DNA of 62,945 nucleotides, the filler included, from Octopus bimaculoides (taxonomy: Eukaryota), in the NCBI RefSeq assembly GCF_001194135.2. It is 4 parts of 4 records of this genome, joined end to end, with 100 filler letters (N's around TTAATTAATTAA, not from the genome) between each part and the next. Parts side by side here need not be neighbours in the genome. Positions count along the whole stretch, not along the records: positions 53,413 to 62,945 come from NC_068981.1; 3 more parts are not named here. One strand, written 5' to 3'. How positions within the stretch are numbered: the stretch's first letter is position 1; each line of letters begins with the position of its first letter. The notes beneath the pieces were generated by a model that worked only from the letters and a program-made list of their open reading frames with translations, had not been told where the DNA came from and did not search any database. Both the position numbers and the translations under genes were made by a program. Shown piece by piece: positions 53,413 to 62,945 of this stretch.

Positions 53413-53684
53413 TTTAATATGTTTGTAATTTTTTTGTACATGGTGTTTTGGGGTTCGAAGATGGTCTGATTTTGATGTAACACGTGTGTTTACGATCGCT
53501 GTGCGGGTAGTGGAGGTATCAAGTTAAAATACATCATTATATTTGGAAAAATAGGAATAAATTTCAATGAGTATTACTTACTCGGGTATAGTCCAACCCT
53601 TTGTCAGCTATATTTGGGCTCCATGCGATGTCTTTATTTCCGATGTTTTTGGATAAGTTTCGGAGCAGTGATTTATCGTACTAC

Positions 53685-53720
<36 letters not shown>

Positions 53721-53929
53721 GGTGGTGGGCTGGCAGAATCGTTAGCATGCTGGACAAGATGCTTAGTGGTATTTCATCCGTCGCTACATTCTGAATTCAA
53801 ATTCCACCAAGGTCGACTTTGTCTTTCATCTTTTCAGGGTCGGTAAAATAAGTACCAGTTGAACATTGGGGTCGATGTAATCAACTCATCTCCTCTCCCA
53901 AAATTGGTGCCCTTGTGGAAAAATTTAAA

Positions 53930-53930
<1 letters not shown>
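53721..53930 (+). mobile_element. SINE family A, full length, with (TTA)n tail
   Basis: Head GGTGGTGGGCTGGCAGAATCGTTAGC..GAATTCAAATTCC (A/B-box like), body GTCGACTTTG..AAGTACCAGTT..GGGGTCGATGTAATC; preceded and followed by (TTA)n. Confidence 0.88.
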
Positions 53931-53971
<41 letters not shown>

Positions 53972-53975
53972 TGAA

Positions 53976-54185
53976 GGCGACGGGCTGGCACAATCGTTAG
54001 TTTACTGGGTGGAATGCTTAGCGATATTTCGTCTGCCGCTACATTCTGAGTTCAAATTCCACCAAGGTCGACTTTGCCTTTCATCCTTTTGGGGGTCGAT
54101 TAAATAAGTACCAGTTACGCACTGGGATAGATGTTATCGACTTAATCCCCTCCCCCAAGCTGTCTTGTTGTAAAAATGTTAAATC
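53976..54185 (+). mobile_element. SINE family A, tandem copy inserted after the (TTA)n of the previous one
   Basis: GGCGACGGGCTGGCACAATCGTTAG..GAGTTCAAATTCC..AAGTACCAGTTACGCACTGGG; ends in (TTA)n. Confidence 0.88.
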
Positions 54186-54245
54186 ATTATTATTATTACT
54201 ATTACTATGAATAAATATATACCCAATGAATAAACATACACTCAC

Positions 54246-54452
54246 CTCAGGTAGAGAATCTATAAAAGAATGAATGTTTGCTTGTTGAGCAGCTTTGACA
54301 ACTTCATCGAATGTCACCGTTCGTGACAAGTCTCCATAAGCAATATTTTCTTGGATTGAACAGGAAAATAGAACTGGTTCTTGAGAGACAATAGCAAACT
54401 GTTGACGAAGCCATGAAGTATTTAAATCATTTAGATTTTTGCCGTCCAGAAG
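54246..54452 (-). CDS. ABCB1: ABCB1-like transporter exon, NBD2 Q-loop region (207 bp)
   Basis: TTTCAG|..|GTGAGT. Encodes [69 protein letters not shown]. Same length and phase as the human ABCB1 exon carrying c.3435. Confidence 0.95.
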
Positions 54453-54569
54453 CTGAAATATAGGTTAAAAGAATGTGTTGGAATAAACTGTTTTGAAAAT
54501 TAAATATAATCCATTACAATTTCATGAAATCTCTGAAAAACCATCAAAATTAACTCAACTGTATATCCT

Positions 54570-55001
54570 TTTCTTCTCTAGGCACAAGGCCTGAAATTTT
54601 GGTGGAGGGGTCCGGTCCAATAGTTCAAGGTACTTGATTCATTGACCCCGAAAGGATGAAAGGCAAAGTCGACCTCAACGAAATTTGAACTCAGAACGTA
54701 AAGATAGAGGAAATACCTATTTCGTTATTGCCCACAAGGGGCTAAACATAGAGGGAATAAACAAGAACAGACGAACGGATTAAGTCCATTACATCGACCC
54801 CAGTGCGTAACTGGTACTTAATTTATCGACCCCGAAAGGATGAAAGGCAAAGTCGACCTCGGCGGAATTTGAACTCAGAACGTAACGGCAGACGAAATAC
54901 CGCTAAGCATTTCGCCCGGCGTGCTAACGTTTCTTATTTCTTTATTGCCCACAAGGGGCTAAACATAGAGGGGGTGCGAACGTTTCTGCCAGCTCGCCGC
55001 C
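54570..55001 (-). mobile_element. SINE family A copy interrupted by two nested insertions (54718-54893 and 54935-54974)
   Basis: TSDs GAAATACC (54710-54717 / 54894-54901) and TGC(T/G)AACGTTTCT (54922-54934 / 54975-54987). Both inserts end in the alternative tail ..TTTAGCCCCTTGTGGGCAATAA(A/C)GAAATA. Confidence 0.8.
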
Positions 55002-55009
55002 TTCTATAG

Positions 55010-55224
55010 AAATATTCTTTTCTACTTTAGGCACAAGGCCTGAAATTTTTGGGAAGAGGCTAATTAATTAGACTGACCAGTACGCAACTGGTACTTAATT
55101 TATCGACCCCGAAAGGGTGAAAACAAAGTCGACCTCAGCAAAATTTGAGCTCAGAACATAAATTCAGGCGAAATACCACTAAGCATTTCGCCCAGCATGC
55201 TAACGTTTCTGCCAGCTCACCGCT
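55010..55224 (-). mobile_element. SINE family A, standard tail
   Basis: Reverse complement GCGGTGAGCTGGCAGAAACGTTAGCATGCTGGGCGAAATGCTTAGTGGTATTTCG..AAATTTCAGGCCTTGTGCCTAAAGTAGAAAAG. Confidence 0.85.
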
Positions 55225-56750
55225 TTAACTCAATTGTATATCACAAAACATTTACATCAAAATAATTTATTTCTTATGTTTTTAGGTTGAAATCTCATGT
55301 TGTAACCTGAAGCCAATAATACTGGATATTAGAATGTATATAAAGATTTATGTGTTAGGTACCTAAAGGAGAATTTCCATCAGTTTCAAACATGCTGGAT
55401 TATTTTGATCACAAAATAGAAAGCTAGAGCAGAGAACGGGATGTAGATATTTTATTCAAAATTCTTCACTTTTGTCTTAATCTTCAATATTTCAAAGAAT
55501 AGATCAGTAACATAAAAGTTACTATTCTGAATTGAAAACTGTTACAAATACTATGTTTTCATGATCTTTGATCATTCATATTGTCATCCCATGTAATATA
55601 ACCAAAACCGAATCACACAAAATGGGCTACTTCTCTGAGGCCAAAAGCTTATCAATACTAATCAGTCGCTGACCTTTTACTATGCTTAAATGAGACTAAC
55701 ATTAGATTGCTACCTATCTGAGATGATTTGTTGACACATACAGAAATATCCTAGACTGCATCTCCATTCTCACCAAAAATTCGGCATCTAACTGGTTGAC
55801 AAATATTAACTCACCAATACATGACTACCACGACCCTACGCGTGTGTTGTATCTTTCCTAACTTCTCTTATCTTTGCTACACCAGATTCTGCTCCTCTTT
55901 AATAGCTACATACTATTTCACCCAAGCCCTTCCAATATAACAGCCTTTAGTAGTTTCGTTTTTCATCCTAAATCCACTGCAAAACAATATTCAATTGCTT
56001 CCTCTCCAGAAATGGGACCACTAGAATCGATACCACCCACTCTTTATTTGTATAAAAATATCAAATCAACCTCAGCAGTTCTGGACATTATAGTTTTATA
56101 TTTTAAATATTAAATATGATCCATTGAAACTGCAAGAAATTTCTGAAAATTAAATTAGAAAAAATAAATTCCAAATCAATATCACAAAATATTGACATCA
56201 ACCTAAGTTATTTATTTCCAGGATTTTTACATTGAAAACTCGCACTGAAATATGAAACCCACAATTCCAGATAATAGGAAGTATATAAAAATATACATGT
56301 GACATACTAATCAGGGTTGCCACCTTTCATCCTCTGAAAGATATCTTGTCAACAAAGGCAAGAGTATTTTGTGTTTGTTTCATTTTAACTAGTTATAAAG
56401 ATGGTTAAACGTGTCTAATCTTTTAGATTTGTATACAAGATATATTAATGTCTGAAATTCATTTGCAGTCATTACTGATCAACTGATAAAATTATTGGGA
56501 CAAAATATTGCTTTTACCATTATTTATGAAGTAATTAATGACTAAACTGATACATTTGCTAATGTTTGCATTAATTTTATCCGTTCATGTGATATAGCAT
56601 CTTCGCGTGTTATAAAATGTAAAGTTGAATATAAAACTTTTTTTTTTTTTGTACACAAACAAAATTTAATCCCTTTCTATTTATGCTTCAAATTTATCCT
56701 GAAAGACACAGCATGTTGTGATAATATATTAGTAAACATAGACTACGTAC

Positions 56751-56948
56751 CACTGATCCTGTATCTGCTTTGTAAAACTTTTCGAGTAACTGCATACAAG
56801 TACTTTTTCCACAACCACTTCCTCCAACGAGAGCAACTGTTTCACCTTGCTTGACATCAAAATTCAAGCCTTGGAGAACGTTTATGTTTGGACGGCTTGG
56901 ATAACGAAACTCAACGTCTTTAAACTGGATATTTGCTTTAAAACTATC
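56751..56948 (-). CDS. ABCB1: ABCB1-like transporter exon, NBD2 A-loop and Walker A (198 bp)
   Basis: TTTTTAG|..|GTACGT. Encodes DSFKANIQFKDVEFRYPSRPNINVLQGLNFDVKQGETVALVGGSGCGKSTCMQLLEKFYKADTGSV; phase 0 at both ends. Confidence 0.96.
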
Positions 56949-56991
56949 CTAAAAAGGAGAGAAAAAAACGAATAGCATTCATAATAAAGAA

Positions 56992-57235
56992 GGGTAGAGA
57001 GCTGACAATTGCTATTGCATCGGAAAATATGCCTTACGGCATTTTTTCCAGAGCGTTATATCTTAAGTTCAAATCCCACCAAGGTCAACTTTGCTTTTCA
57101 TCCTTCCAGTGTTGATAAAATAAAATACCAGTTGATGGTACTTTCTAAAATAAAATAAAGTACTGGGGTTGATATTATCGACTAAACTCCTTTCCTCAAA
57201 ACTGCTTGTCTTATGCCTAATCTGAAACCATTATG
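56992..57235 (+). mobile_element. SINE family A, diverged
   Basis: AAGTTCAAATCCCACCAAGGTCAACTTTGC..ATACCAGTT..GTACTGGGGTTGATATTATCGAC. Confidence 0.65.
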
Positions 57236-57872
57236 TTGACGGAAAGACAAATTTCAAGAGAAATGGCAAAGCTGACTTGATCTATCCCTGTACTTGGCAG
57301 TGATGTATGTTGCTAAACAACAAGGTTTTGGTTATAGTTTCGAAATGTTTCAAAACTTTGCACTCATGTTTTCCTGATGCATAGACTAAAAATAACATCC
57401 TCCAGAACAGTTATAATAATATACTAGTGTTAGATCTCTAATGAATACTGTCTACTTCTTTCATTGATCTGAGACTGATAAAATTCAAAACTATTCCCAA
57501 ATAATAACAATGAAAACAGGACTACATCAACACCAGTGCTGGTGAGGGAAGCTATAATACTATCTAGTTAAAATCAGACGGCAACAATAGCGATAGTGAC
57601 TAAAATAAATTCACCTGGAGTTGCAGTGTGAACAATGCAATGTTTACTATTGTTCAACAAGGAGAATGCTTGAACAAGTTACCCAATATTCTGTGAAATG
57701 ACGTAAGTCATAAATTTGCATAATACATACATCTGAGTATATACGACAGGTGAAAAAGGTAAAATACTGAAACTGAAAGAAACCACAAAAGAAACAATAG
57801 TTTATGAACAGTTTAATTCAGTAGCTGAAACTTCACAAAGGTAAAACATCAGCTTGCTATATCAGATATATG

Positions 57873-58312
57873 TTGTTGTTGGCACTCCGTCGCTTACCAC
57901 GTCGAGGGTTCCAGTTGATCCGATCAACGGAACATCCTGCTCATGAAATTAACGTGCAAGTGGCTGAGCACTCCACAGAAACGTGTACCCTTAACGTAGT
58001 TCTCGGGATTATTCAGCGTGACACAGTGTGACAAGGCTGACCCTTTGAATTACAGGCACAACAGAAACAGGAAGAGTGAGAGAAAGTTGTGGTGAAAGAG
58101 TACAGCACGGTTCTGCCACCATCCCCTGCCGGAGCCTCGTGAAGCTTTAGGTGTTTTCGCTCAATAAACACTCACAATGCCTGGTCTGGGAATCGAAACC
58201 GCGATCCTNNNNNNNNNNCAATAAACACTCACAATGCCTGGTCTGGGAATCGAAACCGCGATCCTATGACTGCGAGTCCGCTGCCCTAACCACTGGGCTA
58301 TTGCACCTCCAC
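57873..58312 (-). mobile_element. tRNA-headed SINE family C, full length, 12-bp TSD
   Basis: ATCAGATATATG at 57861-57872 and 58313-58324. Minus-strand head has A-box TAGCCCAGTGG and B-box GTTTCGATTCC; tail (AAC)n. Contains an artefactual duplication across a 10-N gap. Confidence 0.9.
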
Positions 58313-58440
58313 ATCAGATATATGAAGATATTTATAAATGAAAACTTAGGATAACGCTGTTACATCAACTCTTTCAAGCACGTAACACTCTGAGTATGTT
58401 TGGCAAAGAAAGACAAAGAAAAGAAAAAAGTTACAAAATG

Positions 58441-58654
58441 TTTACTCTTTTACTCTTTTACTTGTTTCAGTCATTTGACTGCGGCCATGCTGGAGCACCG
58501 CCTTTAGTCGAGCAAATCGACCCCAGGACTTTTTCTTTGTAAGTCTAGTACTTATTCTATCGGTCTCACATGCCGAACCGCTAAGTTGGGGACGTAAACA
58601 CACCAGCATCGGTTGTCAAGCGATGTTTGGGGGACAAACATATACACGCACACC

Positions 58655-58732
<78 letters not shown>

Positions 58733-58905
58733 CATACATACCTATATACGAGGGGCTTCTTTCAATTTCCGTCTACCAAATCCACTCACAAGGCTTTGGT
58801 TGGCTATAATAGAAGACACTTGCCCAAGGTGCCATGCAGGGGAACTGAACCCGGAACCATGTGGTTCGTAAGCAAGCTGCTTACCACACAGCCACTCCTA
58901 CGCCT
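58441..58905 (-). mobile_element. SINE family B, full length, with internal (TA)n microsatellite
   Basis: tRNA-like head AGGCGTAGGAGTGGCTGTGTGGTAAG..GGGTTCAGTTCC, CORE-like GGCACCTTGGGCAAGT, internal (TA)n at about 58657-58728, tail ..GGCGGTGCTCCAGCATGGCCGCAGTC..(AAAAGAGT)n. Confidence 0.88.
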
Positions 58906-58984
58906 ATATGTTGCTTAGCAACATTTCTTCCAGTTCTTTACATTTTTAATTCAGATGCAACTGAAAATAACTTTACCTTTCATG

Positions 58985-59090
58985 TTTTCAGAGTTGATAA
59001 AGTTAGTACCAGTTATGTACTGAGGTCGATGTAATTAACTAGCCCCTTCTCCTAAAATTTCAGGCCTTATGCCTACATTAGAAAGAATTT
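58985..59090 (+). mobile_element. SINE family A 3' fragment
   Basis: AGTACCAGTT..TACTGAGGTCGATGTAATT..AAAATTTCAGGCCTTATGCCTA..AGAAAGAA. Confidence 0.65.
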
Positions 59091-59602
59091 AATAACAGCC
59101 AATTTAATATGACTACGAAGTAGATAGTTCAAAAATTTATTGAAGTTGCTTATCTTATTTTAAATGTTTCTTGCTTCTGAAATCGAATAATTCAAATGTC
59201 GAATATTTACTTCAAAATAACAGTGAAATAAATGAAATTATATTTATGATCATATATATAGTAAGAGGAAAATATTAGACAAGAGCTATTATTACTTTGC
59301 AGTGGCAAAAACAGGGGAGAACATGCAACATGTTTCCCTCTATTGAAGCTCGCTCAGGGTCCTCGGCAGTCATCGTAATTTTCCAAATCATTAGTGATCA
59401 AATCGCAAACTGAACATACAGAAATATATATTCATTGTTCTATGGTAAGAAAGTTATTAAAAATTTTAATAATTCTTAAACTGCACTCACAAGTTAATTA
59501 ACATTTAAGGTGAAAATATACTCAATATTTAGAACATTAATATTTCAAAGTTAAGTCAGATATCTGATAAAATAAGACTATTATCTGACAGCAGATACTT
59601 AC

Positions 59603-59759
59603 CGGTTTGTCTCCTTTTTCTAAATACATATCGATTGCAGGTAATTGGTCAAGCAAATTCATTATTCTTGCTGCAGAAAGTGATACTTCTGTTACATCTG
59701 GGAGTAATGTAGCATGTTGTCCAATTATTAACATCACAATAACTATGACACATAATATT
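59603..59759 (-). CDS. ABCB1: ABCB1-like transporter exon, TM12 (157 bp)
   Basis: TTTTCAG|..|GTAAGT. Encodes (K)ILCVIVIVMLIIGQHATLLPDVTEVSLSAARIMNLLDQLPAIDMYLEKGDKP; phases join the flanking exons in frame. Confidence 0.9.
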
Positions 59760-60134
59760 CTGAAAATTAATGAATACATAATTAAGATGGTAATCGATAA
59801 AGTCTCTACAAAGGTTTAATAGATGATATAGACAAACATTCCATATAGCATACCATGATAAATTGATACAGAAAAGAATACAATTTCCGATCAGAAAATA
59901 CATAACAAAATTTCACATCATTTTCATTCTTTGCTTACCAATGGCAGAGATTAGCAAAATGCCTTTCAGAAACTAGAAACTATATTTTTGTGACTTTGTT
60001 TTTAAATATTTAAGTGATATTATTAGTTACTGTTCTTCTCTTACAAGTTCAAAGTGTAAAACTAATAACTGAGGGAGTAAAAAAAGAAATTTGATAAGCC
60101 ATAACACTTTTGAAGGTTTTAAGTTTCTTTTTTT

Positions 60135-60518
60135 TCTTTTACTTGTTTCAATCATTAGACTGTGGCCATGCCGGGACACTACCTTGAAGAATTTTTAGTT
60201 GAATGAATCTATCCCAGGACTTATTTGTTTTAAAGCCTGTTACTTATTCTATTCATCTCTTTTGCCAAACCACTAAGTTATGGGGGCATAAACACACCAG
60301 TTGATAAACAGTGGTGAGGGACAAACACAGACATAAAGACACACATACACACACACACACACATGACAGACTTCTTTCAGTTTCTTTCTACCAAATCCAC
60401 TCACAAGACTTTGGTTGGCCTGACACTATAGTAGAAGACACTTGCCCAAGGTACTGTGCAGTGGAACTGAACCCAGAACCATGTGATTGTGAAGCAAGCT
60501 TCTTACCACACAGCCACA
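60135..60518 (-). mobile_element. SINE family B with internal (CA)n
   Basis: Same head and tail as 58441-58905, but the centre is (CA)n at about 60340-60362. Confidence 0.85.
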
Positions 60519-62069
60519 GAGACAATTCTGTGAGTTATGACATTTCCTAAACAGATATGTCTTTATAAAGAGGTAATGAGTGGACATGCATATTTTGAGG
60601 GATATTGCTTTTTCTTCTGTACTTTATCTAACCATCAACTAGCCGCAAACACATTGCTTAAATGCCAATTAGAATTAGCCATGTGACACAAATGGATAGA
60701 CCAATTTGCATATTATGCATATTAAGCTGAAAATTTCAATAGGTAGTAACTGTATGCTTGGAGAATTTATACAAAGAAATAATGTTCTTAACAGTTAAAA
60801 AATTGAAACTGATCTGTTGCATGCGGGTCATAAATCAGAAATATGCACAAAAGCAGCCTTTGATAATCAAAATTATAGAAATGTCAGAGGATGCAAAAGA
60901 GCCAGAGAATATAATTCTAAACAAAATTCTAAAACACGTACATAGTCACGCACACACATGTTTATGTATGTTTTCATAAATATTTGTGTGTGTGTGTGTG
61001 TGTGTGTGTTATATGTATGTAAACATGCAAGATTCACTGGGGCATTACCAAAACAGTCCTTCAATACACAATACTACAAGCACTGAAGTAAAGGAATTTG
61101 CCTCCTATTAAAAAAATAAAGTGAGGTCCTCCCACCTTGTAGATATTGATCACATGACCAATATCCTCCATAAATCCCAAAAGTAAGCTAATTAACACCT
61201 TCAAAAGCTTATTGTTGGTAGTTAATGCATCCTCAATGCTATTAATTTCAACATATTAGACATCTTATCAATGGAATTGTATTGTTGCAATTATTAAGTC
61301 ATTCCATGGTATTGAAGATAAAGATCACTGGCAGCTTTTCCCAATTTGATATCAGCACATTGAAACTGTTCCTTCTGAAAACTTGGACTTCCATAAGCAA
61401 TTCACTTCAATTAGCAACCTGCATATTAAGATGTGATGAACACTAAGAAGTCATTCCTACTGGGTCAAAACAGAGTGTGAGCCATCACTTGACCTCTCCG
61501 TGAAGAGCTATGACAGCATGGATTTGAAAAATCTCATGGAATGTTCATCATTGATACTTCAAGAGCGTTAACTTCACCATTACCTTCAGTTTAACTTTGA
61601 TAAGTTTCAGCCAGTATAGGCCCAGGCCACACCTAACTTAATAGCACCACCAGTTTACGCAGAGATAATGGCCTGACAATCTCACACAATAATTTTGTCC
61701 ATCAAGCTCTTCCTAAATTGATCTAAGCCATAATAGATTTATGAAGGGCTTATGAAGAACTTGTGAAGGCTTAAATATGAGTATTAGTACCAACCTAATA
61801 ACAGCTAACATATAAGATCTTAAGACTGGTAAATTACCCTTGTATGAAGGTACACAGAGGTTCTATATACATCTGCAAAAACTCCAATCACTATTTATAC
61901 TGTTTTGTATATGTTATAAAACATTTGGCTTATTCTCAGATTGGCAAATTTTTGAATGATCAACCCCCTTTTATAGCGACACACTAGCCAAGTGCAGCCT
62001 CATTAAGAAGTTAGTGTACATGGATGATACTCACAATGCCACAACTCAGCACAGAGTTAAGCAAAGGAA

Positions 62070-62230
62070 AGCTGGTTCAATCCAGTGCTCAACCAATACT
62101 TATTTTATCTACCCAGAAAGGATGAAATCAAAAGATGACCTTGGCGGGATTTGAGCTTAAAACATAAAGCCAGTAAAACTGCCACTAAGCATTTTGTCCA
62201 ACATGCTAACAATTCTGTCAACTGACAGCC
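62070..62230 (-). mobile_element. SINE family A, diverged
   Basis: CCAGTGCTCAACC..TACTTATTTTATC..CAGAAAGGATGAAA..GACCTTGGCGGGATTTGAG..CTAAGCATTTTGTCC..GCTAACAATTCTG. Confidence 0.65.
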
Positions 62231-62319
62231 TTTGTTGAAACTCTTAAAAGAATCTATTTCCCATAAAATTTAATGATGGTGGGAAATGACTGATGTTAAA
62301 ATTTAAGTTTACTTCTTAC

Positions 62320-62460
62320 TTGAATACTTCCACGTAGTCCATATAACATTTTGAGATCAATACACTTCCAACATAGAAATTACATGCGTAATATAGATAA
62401 ATCATAGCTTGAGATACGGCAAAAGTTATTCCAGTTTTATAAGCTGATTTCATGTTCTCT
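62320..62460 (-). CDS. ABCB1: ABCB1-like transporter exon, TM11 (141 bp)
   Basis: TTTTTTCAG|..|GTAAGA. Encodes (R)ENMKSAYKTGITFAVSQAMIYLYYACNFYVGSVLISKCYMDYVEVF(K), aligning to human GITFSFTQAMMYFSYAGCF. Not in the supplied ORF track. Confidence 0.92.
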
Positions 62461-62620
62461 CTGAAAAAAAATAGTGAAAAAGAGAGATAGACAAATACAT
62501 AATGTGAACTTTACAATCTTGTACATTCTATCTGGAAATATCTTGTATGCCAAAATATTTTAATTATTTTGTTACATCTGCTGGTGTTTGGCAAACTCCT
62601 AAGATGCTAACTTATTGTAG

Positions 62621-62945
62621 CAGTTGCAAGAGAAATACCTAGCCAAGGATAAACCTCTGTACCTGGCTTTCGTTGACATGGAGAAAGCCTTTGACAGGGT
62701 CCCCCGATCCCTTATCTGGTGGTCAATGAGGAAACTTGGGATAGAAGAATGGCTAGTGAGAGCTGTGCGAGCCATGTACAGAGATGCGGCCAGTAAGGTG
62801 AGGGCTGGAAATGAGTACAGCAATGAATTCCGGGTAGAGGTAGGGGTCCACCAAGGTTCCGTCCTCAGCCCCCTATTATTTACCATAGTCCTCCAGGCAA
62901 TCACAGAGGAGTTCAAGACAGGTTGCCCCTGGGAGCTCCTCTATG
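62621..62945 (+). mobile_element. RTE-clade LINE reverse transcriptase, 5'-truncated, running off the window
   Basis: Open frame QLQEKYLAKDKPLYLAFVDMEKAFDRVPRSLIWWSMRKLGIEEWLVRAVRAMY..VGVHQGSVLSPLLF..PWELLY, ending just before the expected YADD. Confidence 0.92.

Noticed and set aside
53560-53680. Minus-strand open stretch ending in GTAAGT as the missing ABCB exon
   Set aside because: Translation (DKSLLRNLSKNIGNKDIAWSP..) has no LSGGQ or DEATSALD similarity.
58160-58265. Tandem duplication inside the family C SINE across a 10-N gap
   Set aside because: Same overlap artefact; it restores a normal SINE when collapsed.
58240-58312. tRNA-like cloverleaf with A and B boxes (also the heads at 53721, 50005 and 58905)
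   Set aside because: These are SINE heads with body, tail and TSD, lacking a clean acceptor stem; not called as tRNA genes.
59760-59903. ORF extensions around the TM12 exon (59649-59903, 59537-59779)
   Set aside because: Only 59603-59759 is bounded by AG/GT and in phase with neighbouring exons; the rest is intron read-through.

Overview
AT-rich animal genomic DNA from a gapped draft assembly. It is saturated with (TA)n/(CA)n/(AAT)n/(TAGA)n microsatellites and tRNA-derived SINEs, in a style I recognise as octopod cephalopod (Octopus-like; this is inference). Three identical 100-bp artificial spacers (44 N + TTAATTAATTAA + 44 N) show that the window is at least four joined pieces. Two real protein-coding loci lie on the minus strand. 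One is an intronless, full-length cytoplasmic cysteinyl-tRNA synthetase (50246-52444). The other is four exons of an ABCB1/P-glycoprotein-like transporter (141, 157, 198 and 207 bp) covering TM11-TM12 and most of NBD2; its last two expected exons are not visible. The rest is mobile-element debris: R4/Dong-like, L1/Tx1-like, CR1-like, RTE and Penelope-like retroelements, mariner and hAT DNA transposons, and at least four SINE families. Best leads: (1) a Tx1-like LINE and a SINE subfamily that share a 3' tail and insert into the tRNA-like heads of other SINEs; (2) repeats carrying degenerate minimal hammerhead-ribozyme motifs, including a head-to-head SINE palindrome in the probable 3' UTR of the synthetase; (3) the intronless synthetase as a probable retrogene, with ISRE-like motifs upstream, next to or inside the ABCB gene. 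Element classifications come from reading motifs by eye, not from database searches.
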